A stretch of DNA of 64,000 nt, from assembly GCA_044222185.1 (NCBI GenBank), contig JBGANV010000002.1, positions 256,001 to 320,000 on the forward strand, in the 5' to 3' direction. Numbering within the stretch: position 1 is the stretch's first letter; every line of letters begins with the position of its first letter. Positions 37,370 through 46,840 of this stretch are shown piece after piece. The notes beneath the pieces are model-generated. The model was not told the DNA's origin, made no database searches, and saw nothing but the letters and a program-made list of their open reading frames with translations. This stretch comes from Planctomycetota bacterium. GTDB taxonomy: Bacteria; Planctomycetota; GCA-002687715; CAIWVZ01. The position numbers and the translations under genes were made by a program.

Positions 37370-37502
37370 GGTCTCCGACGGCCCGGCAACGATTTTCTGT
37401 CAGGAACGCGGGCGCGGTGGGAAGGGGGCCCGGAGGCCGATCCCGCGCGCCGCCTCCGGCCTCGCGATTCCCGAAGCCAACCACCGCGGGGGAGACACCA
37501 CC

Positions 37503-40500
37503 GTGTTCGACCGAAACTCAAACCTGCAACGGCGCGCCGGAAGGGCCATGAGCACCTGGGCTGGGATGCTGCTGCTCACGGCCGCGATTCAGGCCCAGTT
37601 CTCGAACTGCTCGTCCAATTGTCACGTGGTCGGCGGCAACGTCGTCAACGGCGGGGCCGGACCGTTCCTCGCAGGCCACGTCTACCTGGTGAATTCGTCC
37701 CTCGTGGTGCCGGGTGGCCAAACCCTCACCATCCAGGGCGGCGCCGTCGTGAAGTTCGCCGGCGTCTTGGACTTCACCATCGGCGGAACGCTGAACGTGA
37801 CGGGGACCGCTGGGCAACCGGCGATCCTCACGTCCATCGCCGACGACATCGTCGCGGACCACAACGGCAACGGGAACGCAACGTTGCCGGCCCCAGGCGA
37901 TTGGATCGGACTGACCTTCAACGGCGGATCCATAGCGAGCCAGGTCACGGGCCTGAGCGTTCGCAACGCCGGGTGGAATGGGAACCCGGCCATTCGCTTC
38001 AACGCGGCCAGTCCGGCGCTGTCGCAGTGTTCCGTCGTCGCATGTCAGGCGGCGGCCATGAACCTGAGCAGCAACTCCTCACCCACCGTGACGGGCTGCA
38101 CGTTCACCGGCGGATCGCGCGTCGCCGTCAACGTGCCGTGGGCCGCAGTCGCCGGCTTCTCGTCGAACACGGCGAGCGGCCAGTCGGTCTACGACGCCAT
38201 CGAGGTCGACACGACGCTCGCCAGCGGCACGGTGTCGATCCAGAAGTCGAACACGATCAACCAGAGCGGGGCGATCGTGTGCAGTGGCAACGCCACCGTG
38301 GCCGGCAGTGCCACGCTCACGCTCGGCCCTGGCGTCGTCACCAAGATCGCCGTCGTCGCGTCATTCAACGTGTTCGGCACGCTGATCACCAACGGAACCC
38401 TGGCTCAGCCGACGGTGATCACGTCGATCGATGACGACACGTTCGGCGGCGACACGAACCGCAACGCGGGGGCGAGCGCGCCTGCGGCCGGTCAGTTCGT
38501 CCAGCTCTACCTGGGTTCGGCGGCGTCGTCGAGCCAGCTCAATTCGCTGCTGGTCCGCTGCGCCGGCTGGAATGGAAACGCTGCGGTGAAATTCGACCAG
38601 TGCAACGCCACGGCGAGCGGCCTTCGCACGCAGCTCTCGGGCGGCCCCTGTGTCGACCTGAGCAACAACTCGACTCCCACGATGACGGGGTGCGCGTTCG
38701 ACGGGGGCACCGTCGCCTCGACGAACATCCCCTTCGGAGCGCTCGCGGGTTTCACCGGATGCACCGCGTCCGGAAACGCGTCGTACGACGCGCCCATCGT
38801 GACGTCGCCAACCCTCGCGACCGGTCAGTCGGCCGTCGTCTCCTCGACGAACGGGTTCAACGGAAACGGCGTCATCGTGATTCCCACGACGCTCAGCGTC
38901 CAAGCGGGCGCCACGCTCACCTTGAACGCAGGCGTGCGCTTCAAGGTGACCGGCGTCAGCGGGATCTACGTCGCGGGTCGGCTGCTGACCAACGGCGCCA
39001 CCAACAACCCGGTGGTCTTCACCTCGATCGCCGACGACACCTACGGCGGTGACACGAACAAGAATGGGGCGAATTCGGTCGCACAGCCCGGCCAGTGGGT
39101 CGAGCTCAGCATCGGCAACAGCGCCGATCTGAGCGTGATGCAGGGCCTCCTCGTCCGGTGCGCCGGCTGGAACGGCAACCCGTCCGTGCGCTTCGACCAG
39201 TCGACGGCCTCCGCGACCGGGCTGCGCACGCAGTTGTCCGGTGGGCCATGCGTCGACTTGAGCAACAACTCGCGCCCGACGCTCACCAACTGTGCGTTCG
39301 ACGGCGGCACCGTCGCGGCCACCAACGTCCGCTTCGCAGATCTCTCTGCGTTCACCGGCTGCTCGGCGACGGGCAACGCGTCCTACGATGCGCCGCTGAT
39401 CACCACGCCGTCGACGGCTGCGGGCGAATCTTCGACCGTCCTCGCGTCCTACGGGTTCAACAACACCGGCGTCTTCGTGATCCCGACGACGCTGAGCGTC
39501 GTGGCGAACAGTTCGCTGACGCTCGGTCCGGGCGTCCGGTTCAAGGTGACGGGCGTCACGGGGATCTACGTCACCGGAACACTCGTCACGAACGGCACGG
39601 ACGGCGACCCCGTCACCCTGACCTCCATCACCGACGACACGATCGGCGGTGACACGAACAAGGACGGCGCGGCGTCCACGGGGCAACCGGGACAATGGGT
39701 CGAGCTGAACTTCGGCGCCGGATCGAGCGCGTCGATCGTGACCGGGCTTTCCATCCGATGCTCCGGCTGGAACGGCAATCCGTCGATCCGCTGCAGCCAG
39801 GCCAACCCGACGTTCACGAAGGTGCGGACGGCCCTGTCGGCCGGCCCGTGCATCGATCTCAGCAACAACTCGGTGCCTCTCGCCCGTTTCTGCCGCTTCG
39901 ACGGTGGAACCCTCGCCGCCACGAACGTGCCGTTCACTTCGTTCGCCGGGTTCAAGCAATGCACGGCGACGGGCAACTCGCAGGCGAATGCGCCGCGCGT
40001 CACCAATCCGACCGTCGCCAGCGGCTCGACTGCGGTCGTGCGTGCCATCAACACGTTCAACGGCAGCGGGGCGATTCACGTGCCAGGCACGATGACCGTC
40101 GCCGCCGGTGGCACGTTGGACCTGGGACCCGGCGTCGTGATCAAGATCGAGAACGTCGCCTCGGTCAACCTCTACGGCACGGCGCTCTGGCGCGGCACGG
40201 GACACGACCCGGTCGTCTTCACCTCCGTGAACGACGACACGTGGGGCGGCGACTCCAACGTCAACGGGCCCTCCGTCGGAACGAACGGCCAGTGGGTCCA
40301 GCTCTACGTCGACCCGTCGGCGACGGGCGAGCTGAAGCACGTCCGCTTGGCGTGTGGCGGATGGAATGGCAACCCGGCCGTGGTCGCGCGCTCGGCGAAC
40401 GTGACGTTCGATGCGGACCGCGTGGAGCGGTCGGGAGGCAACGGCTTCCAGATCGAGTCGTGCGCCGGATCCACCCTGGACAACATGGTCGCGTGGAACT

Positions 40501-41228
40501 GCGTCGGCACCGGCATCCGCGTCGACGGCGCGAAGACGCTCCGTCACGCGACGGCCGCCAGCTGCGGAACCGGCATCAGCAGCAACGGATCGGGCACCGG
40601 TCCGGGTCTCGCCATCAACTCGATCGCCGCCAACAACTCGACGAACTTCGCCGGCTTCGCCGCCAACGCGGTGACGTACAGCAACGGATTCGGGAGCGGA
40701 ACGGGCAACGTGTCGGGTTCTCCGGCGTTCGTCAACGTCGCCGCGGGCGACCTGAACCTCACGTCGGCATCGCCCTGCGTCGACACGGCGGACGTCGCCA
40801 CGGCCTTCGCACTCGTCTTCGACCACGACGAAGGCTCGCGGCTCTCCGACGGTCGCCTGATCGGCTCGCCGCTGCCGGACATGGGCGCGTACGAGCTCGC
40901 CGCCTATCACCTCGACGTTTCGGGCCATGCCTGGAGCTTCGAGACGATGACGGCCACGGTCGTCGGACCTCCGGGTTCGGCGGCGCTCGCCATCGGCCCC
41001 GGCGGGACGGCGGTTCCGTACGTGCCGTACGGCTTCCTCGTGCTCGGACCGCTGAACACGCTCACGGTGATCGGGATCATCCCGACGAACACGCCGTTCG
41101 TGTACACGCTGCCCGATGAATCGGCGAACGTCGGCACGACGTTCAGCTTCCAGGCCCTCGGCGTCCCGGCGACGAGCGCGACGCTCGGCGCCTTCACGAA
41201 CGTCTACCGCGGCGTTCTGGACGGCTGA
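37503..41228 (+). CDS. Large secreted parallel beta-helix repeat protein (five ~200-aa repeats)
   Basis: Signal peptide. 'TS..DDT.GGDTN' and 'C.GWNGNP' recur with a 600-bp period. C-terminal 'DLNLTSASPCVD...DMGAYE' anchor-like motif. Alternative start at 37548. Confidence 0.85.
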   Translation: MFDRNSNLQRRAGRAMSTWAGMLLLTAAIQAQFSNCSSNCHVVGGNVVNGGAGPFLAGHVYLVNSSLVVPGGQTLTIQGGAVVKFAGVLDFTIGGTLNVTGTAGQPAILTSIADDIVADHNGNGNATLPAPGDWIGLTFNGGSIASQVTGLSVRNAGWNGNPAIRFNAASPALSQCSVVACQAAAMNLSSNSSPTVTGCTFTGGSRVAVNVPWAAVAGFSSNTASGQSVYDAIEVDTTLASGTVSIQKSNTINQSGAIVCSGNATVAGSATLTLGPGVVTKIAVVASFNVFGTLITNGTLAQPTVITSIDDDTFGGDTNRNAGASAPAAGQFVQLYLGSAASSSQLNSLLVRCAGWNGNAAVKFDQCNATASGLRTQLSGGPCVDLSNNSTPTMTGCAFDGGTVASTNIPFGALAGFTGCTASGNASYDAPIVTSPTLATGQSAVVSSTNGFNGNGVIVIPTTLSVQAGATLTLNAGVRFKVTGVSGIYVAGRLLTNGATNNPVVFTSIADDTYGGDTNKNGANSVAQPGQWVELSIGNSADLSVMQGLLVRCAGWNGNPSVRFDQSTASATGLRTQLSGGPCVDLSNNSRPTLTNCAFDGGTVAATNVRFADLSAFTGCSATGNASYDAPLITTPSTAAGESSTVLASYGFNNTGVFVIPTTLSVVANSSLTLGPGVRFKVTGVTGIYVTGTLVTNGTDGDPVTLTSITDDTIGGDTNKDGAASTGQPGQWVELNFGAGSSASIVTGLSIRCSGWNGNPSIRCSQANPTFTKVRTALSAGPCIDLSNNSVPLARFCRFDGGTLAATNVPFTSFAGFKQCTATGNSQANAPRVTNPTVASGSTAVVRAINTFNGSGAIHVPGTMTVAAGGTLDLGPGVVIKIENVASVNLYGTALWRGTGHDPVVFTSVNDDTWGGDSNVNGPSVGTNGQWVQLYVDPSATGELKHVRLACGGWNGNPAVVARSANVTFDADRVERSGGNGFQIESCAGSTLDNMVAWNCVGTGIRVDGAKTLRHATAASCGTGISSNGSGTGPGLAINSIAANNSTNFAGFAANAVTYSNGFGSGTGNVSGSPAFVNVAAGDLNLTSASPCVDTADVATAFALVFDHDEGSRLSDGRLIGSPLPDMGAYELAAYHLDVSGHAWSFETMTATVVGPPGSAALAIGPGGTAVPYVPYGFLVLGPLNTLTVIGIIPTNTPFVYTLPDESANVGTTFSFQALGVPATSATLGAFTNVYRGVLDG

Positions 41229-41346
41229 TCCCACCAGGCCACGTCCCTTCGCGACTCGCTCGACGACTCCTGCTCGTGGACGCCTGGAACGGCGCGCCGA
41301 CGTGCGGGTTTCGCCGAGCGGGTTCGCGACGGGTACTCTGTGTCGG

Positions 41347-43848
41347 ATGATCGAAATGGACCGCACACACTCGCCCGATACGCCGAGCTCGTGGTTCGAG
41401 GACGACGCGACCTTCGCGGCCGTCGTCCGCGAGGCTCTGCGCGACGACTCGCCGACGCCCGGCGTACCAGGATGCAGCGAGCTGCGAGAGATCGGGCGCG
41501 GCGGTCAGGGCGTCGTCTACGCCGCGGTCCAGACGGCCACGCGGCGCCGAGTCGCCATCAAGGTGCTGACGGACGCGCCCGGCCGAACGCGCAGCGCGCG
41601 CATGCGGTTCGAGCGCGAACTCGAGCTCGTGGCGTCGCTGCACGATCCGCGGCTCGTCCAGATCTTCGACGGCGGCACGACGGACGACGGGCGTCCCTTC
41701 GTCGTCATGGAACTCGTCGACGGCGTCCGCATCGACGAGAGCCCACTCGTCCTGGCCGCCCGGGCGAGCGGCTTCGCGCGCCCCGCGGCGGATCCCGTGG
41801 TGTCGCTGTTCGCCGACGTGTGCGAGGGCCTCGATCACGCGCACCGGCGTGGCGTGATCCATCGAGACCTGAAGCCATCGAACATCTTCGTCGACCCGAC
41901 GGGGACTCCCCGCGTCCTCGACTTCGGACTCGCCAAGGCCGCCGGCCTGGCGGGCGAAGGATTCGCCACGACGACCGGCGCGCGGTTCGTCGGCTCGCTT
42001 CCGTGGACGAGCCCCGAACAGGCCGGGGGCCGGCTCGACGCCGTGGACGTCCGCTCGGACGTCTATGCACTCGGCGCCACGCTCTACAACCTCGTGACGG
42101 GTCGCCCGCCGTGCCCGACGGACCTGGATCTGCGGCGCGCGCTCGACGCCGTCATCCACGATTCGCCGACTGCGCCCGCGCGACTCGACCCGCGATGCGA
42201 TCGCGATCTCGAGGCCGTGATCCTGCGCGCGCTCGAGAAGGACCCGGACAAGCGCTACCCCACGGCCGGCGAGATGGGTCGCGACTTGCGTCGGATCCTC
42301 GCGGGCGAGCCCCTCGATGCGCGGCGGGACAACGCGTGGCGGACTCTCGTCAAGCTCGCGAAGCGCCGCCGCCGCCTCGCCATCGGCGCCTCGATCCTCG
42401 CCGTCGCCGCCGTCGCGGTGTTCATCACCACGTGGTCGCTGTGGCGACGTGCCGTCTCCGAGTCGAGGCGCGCCGAAGATTCGCTCGCGTTCTTCCTCGA
42501 CGCCATCGGATCCGTCGACCCGGCGCGCGATGGCGCCGACGCCAAGCTCGCGGATGCACTCGATCGGGTCTCGGCCGATCTCGATCGGCGGCTCGGCGAC
42601 GATGAACGGGATGCGAAACTCAAGTTCCGGATCAGACTGCGGGATCTCTACATTCGCCTCGCGCGCTACGACCGAGCGCTCGCCGAGGCGGAGGCCGTGG
42701 TGGCGCTTCAGCGCGGCGTCGAGCACGCGCCGGGGTCGGCCGAGTCCCGCTCGTACTGGAACGGCGAGGTCCAACGCGGCCTCATCCTCCACAACCTTCG
42801 ACGGGATCGGGATGCGCTGCCCGTCTACAAGGCGAGCTACGAGGGACTGCGCGCTGGGTTCGGCGACGCCGACGGCGACGCGCTCGGGGCGCTCGCGGGC
42901 ATGGGCCAGGTGCTGAAGGGCCTGGGGCAGTTCGACGACGCAGAGCGGGCGCTCCGCGAAGTGATGAGGTTCACCGATGGCCAGTTGCAGACCGAGCGGC
43001 AGTCCCTGTCGCGGGCGCTGGCCGCGGACAACCTGTCGGCGATCGCCGGCATGTTCGGGCGCTTCGACGAGGCCGAGCAGCATCAGCGCGAGACGCTCCG
43101 CCTGTTCACTCTCGTGCAAGGCGAGATGGGGCCGGATGCGCTCGGTGCCGAGTCGAACCTCGGGAGCCTTCTCGCAAACATGCAGCGCTACGCGGACGCC
43201 GAGCGCGTGCTCGCGTCCACCGTCACGAAGATGAAGCAGCGGTTCGGTGCGCGCCACCCGATGACGCTCACGACGATCCACAGTCTGGGCGTCGCACTCT
43301 CGGGCGCCGGTCGGCTCCCGGAGGCGGACACCGTGCTGCGCGAGGCGTACGAGGGGCGCGTCGCCGCTCTCGGCGCCGATGCGAGCGACACGTTGTCGAC
43401 GCTCAACGAGCTGGCTCTGAGCGCCGAACGGGGCGGCAAGCTGGACGAAGCCGAGCGATTGCTTCAGTTGCGGCTCGAGAGTGGACGCAGGGTGATGCGG
43501 ACGCAGCCGCTGGACGGGTTGAGCGCGCTGTCCGATCTCGGGTGGTTCCTCTGCCTCCGCGGCCGCCCTGGCGACGCGCGTCCGCTCTTCGAAGAGCTGT
43601 GCACCACGGCCGCGGGGATCCTTCCTCCGGGCCATTGGCTGAACGCCGACTACTCGGCGAACTACGCACGCTGCCTCACCGATCTCGAGCAATTCGATCA
43701 GGCCGCGGAACGACTGAAGGCGGCGCACGCCGCGCTTTCAGAGAAGCTGGGACCGAACGACGGGCGGACGACGCGGATCTCCAAGTTGATCGACCGCAAC
43801 GCGCGACGTCGCACTGAAGCGGCCACGCGGCCATCCTCGCGTCCCTGA
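41347..43848 (+). CDS. Ser/Thr protein kinase with TM helix and TPR repeats
   Basis: GRGGQG, VAIK, HRDLKPSN, DFG and 'WTSPEQ'; kinesin-light-chain-like TPRs such as 'HPMTLTTIHSLG'. Confidence 0.93.
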   Translation: MIEMDRTHSPDTPSSWFEDDATFAAVVREALRDDSPTPGVPGCSELREIGRGGQGVVYAAVQTATRRRVAIKVLTDAPGRTRSARMRFERELELVASLHDPRLVQIFDGGTTDDGRPFVVMELVDGVRIDESPLVLAARASGFARPAADPVVSLFADVCEGLDHAHRRGVIHRDLKPSNIFVDPTGTPRVLDFGLAKAAGLAGEGFATTTGARFVGSLPWTSPEQAGGRLDAVDVRSDVYALGATLYNLVTGRPPCPTDLDLRRALDAVIHDSPTAPARLDPRCDRDLEAVILRALEKDPDKRYPTAGEMGRDLRRILAGEPLDARRDNAWRTLVKLAKRRRRLAIGASILAVAAVAVFITTWSLWRRAVSESRRAEDSLAFFLDAIGSVDPARDGADAKLADALDRVSADLDRRLGDDERDAKLKFRIRLRDLYIRLARYDRALAEAEAVVALQRGVEHAPGSAESRSYWNGEVQRGLILHNLRRDRDALPVYKASYEGLRAGFGDADGDALGALAGMGQVLKGLGQFDDAERALREVMRFTDGQLQTERQSLSRALAADNLSAIAGMFGRFDEAEQHQRETLRLFTLVQGEMGPDALGAESNLGSLLANMQRYADAERVLASTVTKMKQRFGARHPMTLTTIHSLGVALSGAGRLPEADTVLREAYEGRVAALGADASDTLSTLNELALSAERGGKLDEAERLLQLRLESGRRVMRTQPLDGLSALSDLGWFLCLRGRPGDARPLFEELCTTAAGILPPGHWLNADYSANYARCLTDLEQFDQAAERLKAAHAALSEKLGPNDGRTTRISKLIDRNARRRTEAATRPSSRP

Positions 43849-43954
43849 TGCGCGAGGCCCCTGCAGCCTAAGCTCCCAGCTCAGGTCGATTCGCGACGCT
43901 TCCCGTCAGGCGTTGGTTTTGGCCCGGAGCACGCCCGCCCGGTACTCTTCTGGC

Positions 43955-44548
43955 GTGCCTCTGGACGTCTCCACACATGCCAGTCTGCTCGCCAAGCTTC
44001 GCGAGACGGGCGACGCCTCCGCCTGGCGTGAGTTCGACGATCGCTACCGCGAGCTGGTTTTTTCGTTCGCTCGCCGCCGCGGATTCCAACCGGCCGACGC
44101 CGACGACGTCGCGCAAGAGACGTTGTCGATCGTGCTTCGCGCGATCGGCCGGTTCGAGTACGACCCGAACAAGGGTCGCTTCCGAGGATGGCTCAAGACG
44201 ACGGCGCTGCACGTGATGATGAAGCACGCTCGTCCCGGCGTCGATGCGCTCGATCGCGCCCGCGACGGGACCTCGGTCGTCGGTGAAACTCCGTCCGATG
44301 CCGACGCCGATGCAGCCTGGGAAGTCGAGTGGCGCCGTTATCACATCCGCGTCGCCACGGCGAAGGTCCGCGGCGAGTTCAACGGCAAGGACTTCATGGC
44401 GTTCGAACGCTGCACGGTCGGGGGCGAGTCGGCGTCCGACGTGGCGACGGCGCTCGGCCTCTCCGTCGATTCGATCTACCAGGCCAAGTCCCGAATCCTC
44501 CGCCGCCTTCGCGAGCACGTGGAGTCGCAGGTCGCGGAAGAAGGTTGA
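43955..44548 (+). CDS. ECF sigma-70 factor (planctomycete kinase-associated type)
   Basis: 'STHASLL..L....AWREF..RY', 'DADDVAQE', 'KGRFRGWL' and 'IYQAKSRILRRL'. Confidence 0.9.
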   Translation: MPLDVSTHASLLAKLRETGDASAWREFDDRYRELVFSFARRRGFQPADADDVAQETLSIVLRAIGRFEYDPNKGRFRGWLKTTALHVMMKHARPGVDALDRARDGTSVVGETPSDADADAAWEVEWRRYHIRVATAKVRGEFNGKDFMAFERCTVGGESASDVATALGLSVDSIYQAKSRILRRLREHVESQVAEEG

Positions 44549-44582
44549 CGCGCAGATCTCTGACCCGGAGCGGATCGTCGAA

Positions 44583-44947
44583 GGAGCGCCAGTCTTCCGC
44601 CGTCCCGGCGGAGACTGGCCGGATCTCCGCGCGTCCCGCGCGGGCCAACCGGCGTCGATCGCGGTGCGGTGCGAGATCACTGGTGGCTGAATGATCCTCG
44701 AACGTCCCGCGGCGAATCGACGGTCGCCGGACCGGACGCCGCCGCTGCCGCGGCGGGTCGACCAGCGCTCCGTACGCGATCGTTCGAGAGGCGGGCGACT
44801 CCCGGGTTGCGGGTCTCGGGTTGCCGCGCAATCGCGTCGGCATTCGAAGGAGCGCCAGTCTTCCGCCGTCCCGGCGGAGACTGGCCGGATCTCCGCGCGT
44901 CTCGCGCGGGCCAACCGGCATCGATCGCGGTGCGGTGCGAGATCACC
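44583..44947. repeat. REPIN-like element (44583-44770) plus a second copy of its left ~100 bp (about 44849-44947)
   Basis: 'GGAGCGCCAGTCTTCCGCCGTCCCGGCGGAGACTGGCCGG...GCGAGATCAC' occurs twice. The first copy closes with GCGCTCC. Confidence 0.85.
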
Positions 44948-45000
44948 CGCCTCGCCCCGACCTTCGACGACGCCGACGCCGCGCTCTACAATCGGCTCCC

Positions 45001-45354
45001 ATGAGCGCTCCCGCGGTGCGACGATTTGGTTCGGTGATCGGAGTCAGGGCCGAGCGGCTCGACGAGTACAAGCGGCTGCATGCCGACGTCTGGCCGGGCG
45101 TCCTCGCGCGCATTCGCGAGTCGAACATCCGCAACTACTCGATCTACCTGCGCCGCCTCCCCGACGGCGAGCATTACCTCTTCAGTCATTTCGAGTACAC
45201 CGGCACCGACTACGACGCCGACATGGCGAAGATCGCCGCGGACCCCGAGACCCAGCGCTGGTGGACGTTCTGCGAGCCTTGTCAGAAACCGCTGCCCGAC
45301 CGCGCGCCCGGCGAATGGTGGGCCAGCATGGAAGAGGTCTTCCACTGCGAGTGA
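45001..45354 (+). CDS. rhaM: L-rhamnose mutarotase
   Basis: 'EYKRLHADVWP', 'IRNYSIY', 'TQRWW' and 'MEEVFH'. Confidence 0.88.
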   Translation: MSAPAVRRFGSVIGVRAERLDEYKRLHADVWPGVLARIRESNIRNYSIYLRRLPDGEHYLFSHFEYTGTDYDADMAKIAADPETQRWWTFCEPCQKPLPDRAPGEWWASMEEVFHCE

Positions 45355-45357
45355 CAG

Positions 45358-46227
45358 ATGCCCGTCATCGACGCCCACCAGCACTTCTGGGACCCGAACC
45401 GCGTGGCCTATCCGTGGCTCACGCCCAAGCACGGACCGCTCTACCGCGCCTTCGCGCCAGCGGACCTCGTTCCTGAAATTGCCGCCGCGGGCATCGACGG
45501 CACGGTGCTCGTGCAGGCCGCGGATTCGAACGAGGACACCGAATCCATGCTCGCCATCGCCGCGGAACACGACTTCGTGCGCGGCGTCGTCGCGTGGATT
45601 CCGCTGCTGGATCCGCCCGCCGCGAAGTCGGCGCTGGACCGTCTGCGCGCCAATTCCAAGGTCCGCGGAATCCGTCACCTCATCCACGACGAGCCCGACC
45701 CCGATTGGCTCGATCGCCCGACCGTCCAGCAGAGCCTCGCGCACGTGGCCGCGAGTGGACTCACGTTCGACGTCGTCTCCGCACTCCCCCGTCACCTCGA
45801 GCTCGTGATGGCGATCGCCGAGCGGTTGCCCCACCTCCGTCTGGTGCTCGATCACCTCTCGCGCCCGCCGATCCGGTCACGCGGGTGGGAGCCCTGGGCG
45901 ACGGTCATGGCGCGGTGCGCTGAATACCCCAACGTCTTCGCCAAGGTGTCCGGTCTCGGCACGGAGGCCGATTGGTCGACCTGGACCGCCGCCGACCTTT
46001 CGCCCTACGTCGAACATGCCCGCCGCTGCTTCGGCGCACAGCGTCTCATGTTCGGCTCCGACTGGCCCGTGGCGCTCCTCGCCGGTGACTACGCACGCGT
46101 CGTCCGCGAAACGCGCGCCTGCGTCGCCCACTGGTCCGCAGCCGAGCAGCGCTCGCTGTTCGGCGCGACGGCGGCGGCGTTCTATGGGATCCCGCGCGCG
46201 GTGGCGAGCGGCGGCTCCACCGCCTGA
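45358..46227 (+). CDS. Amidohydrolase-2 sugar lactonase (L-fucono/L-rhamnono-lactonase-like)
   Basis: 'IDAHQHFW', 'VLVQA', 'LDHL..P', 'KVSG' and 'MFGSDWP'. Confidence 0.85.
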   Translation: MPVIDAHQHFWDPNRVAYPWLTPKHGPLYRAFAPADLVPEIAAAGIDGTVLVQAADSNEDTESMLAIAAEHDFVRGVVAWIPLLDPPAAKSALDRLRANSKVRGIRHLIHDEPDPDWLDRPTVQQSLAHVAASGLTFDVVSALPRHLELVMAIAERLPHLRLVLDHLSRPPIRSRGWEPWATVMARCAEYPNVFAKVSGLGTEADWSTWTAADLSPYVEHARRCFGAQRLMFGSDWPVALLAGDYARVVRETRACVAHWSAAEQRSLFGATAAAFYGIPRAVASGGSTA

Positions 46228-46228
46228 G

Positions 46229-46840
46229 TCAGGGCACCGGCGCCCCCGCCTCGACCCACGCGGCGAAGTGGCGCGCGAACTCGGAGTGTGAAAGCGGCGG
46301 CAGCGATCGGCCCTCGCCGGGGTTCCAGCTGCCGAGCACGAGCGCGTCGTGCGTCACGTGATCGACGAGCTGTGCCAGCGACCGTCCCTTGGTCTGTGAA
46401 GGCTCCTTGAACTGAAGGGCCAGCTCTCGAGCGGAGCGTCCTTGGAAGATCATGGGTGCTTCGGGCGGAGGCAGGTGCCACTCGGGATTCCCGGGAGGCA
46501 TGTGCGCTCCGGGCACGTTCTCGGCCTGGTGGCACGCCGAGCAGGTCATGCCGAAGCGGCCATTTCCCGCCGGACCTCGCTTCACTCCCTGCGGGTGCGG
46601 ATGACTGTCGTCGCCCACGAGAGGCACGTCCCCCGCGGGATGACAGTTCATGCATCGTGGATGCATGAAGACCGGATAGGCCGCGAGGAACGAGTCCCAC
46701 GATCCGGAGGCGCTCCTGGCGGGCGTGATCGCGGTCGCTGACCCACGTTCGTCGGTTCGCTCCGATGCGCAGGCGGCAGCGAGCACGAAGACGACGGCGA
46801 TCCAGCCGGCGTGTTCCAGATTCCTGCGGCTCGTCTTCAT
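46229..46840 (-). CDS. Diheme cytochrome c lipoprotein associated with isoquinoline-1-oxidoreductase-type enzyme
   Basis: Lipobox 'LAAAC', CMNCH and CSACH, 'W.LPP'; overlaps the molybdoenzyme gene stop. Confidence 0.82.
   Translation of the reverse strand: MKTSRRNLEHAGWIAVVFVLAAACASERTDERGSATAITPARSASGSWDSFLAAYPVFMHPRCMNCHPAGDVPLVGDDSHPHPQGVKRGPAGNGRFGMTCSACHQAENVPGAHMPPGNPEWHLPPPEAPMIFQGRSARELALQFKEPSQTKGRSLAQLVDHVTHDALVLGSWNPGEGRSLPPLSHSEFARHFAAWVEAGAPVP

Noticed and set aside
38361-43728. Long antisense ORFs (1001 aa and 844 aa; likewise 8933-10951, 46765-49074 and 50889-53975)
   Set aside because: They are R/A/G-rich, lack recognisable motifs and mirror well-supported genes, as expected in high-GC DNA.
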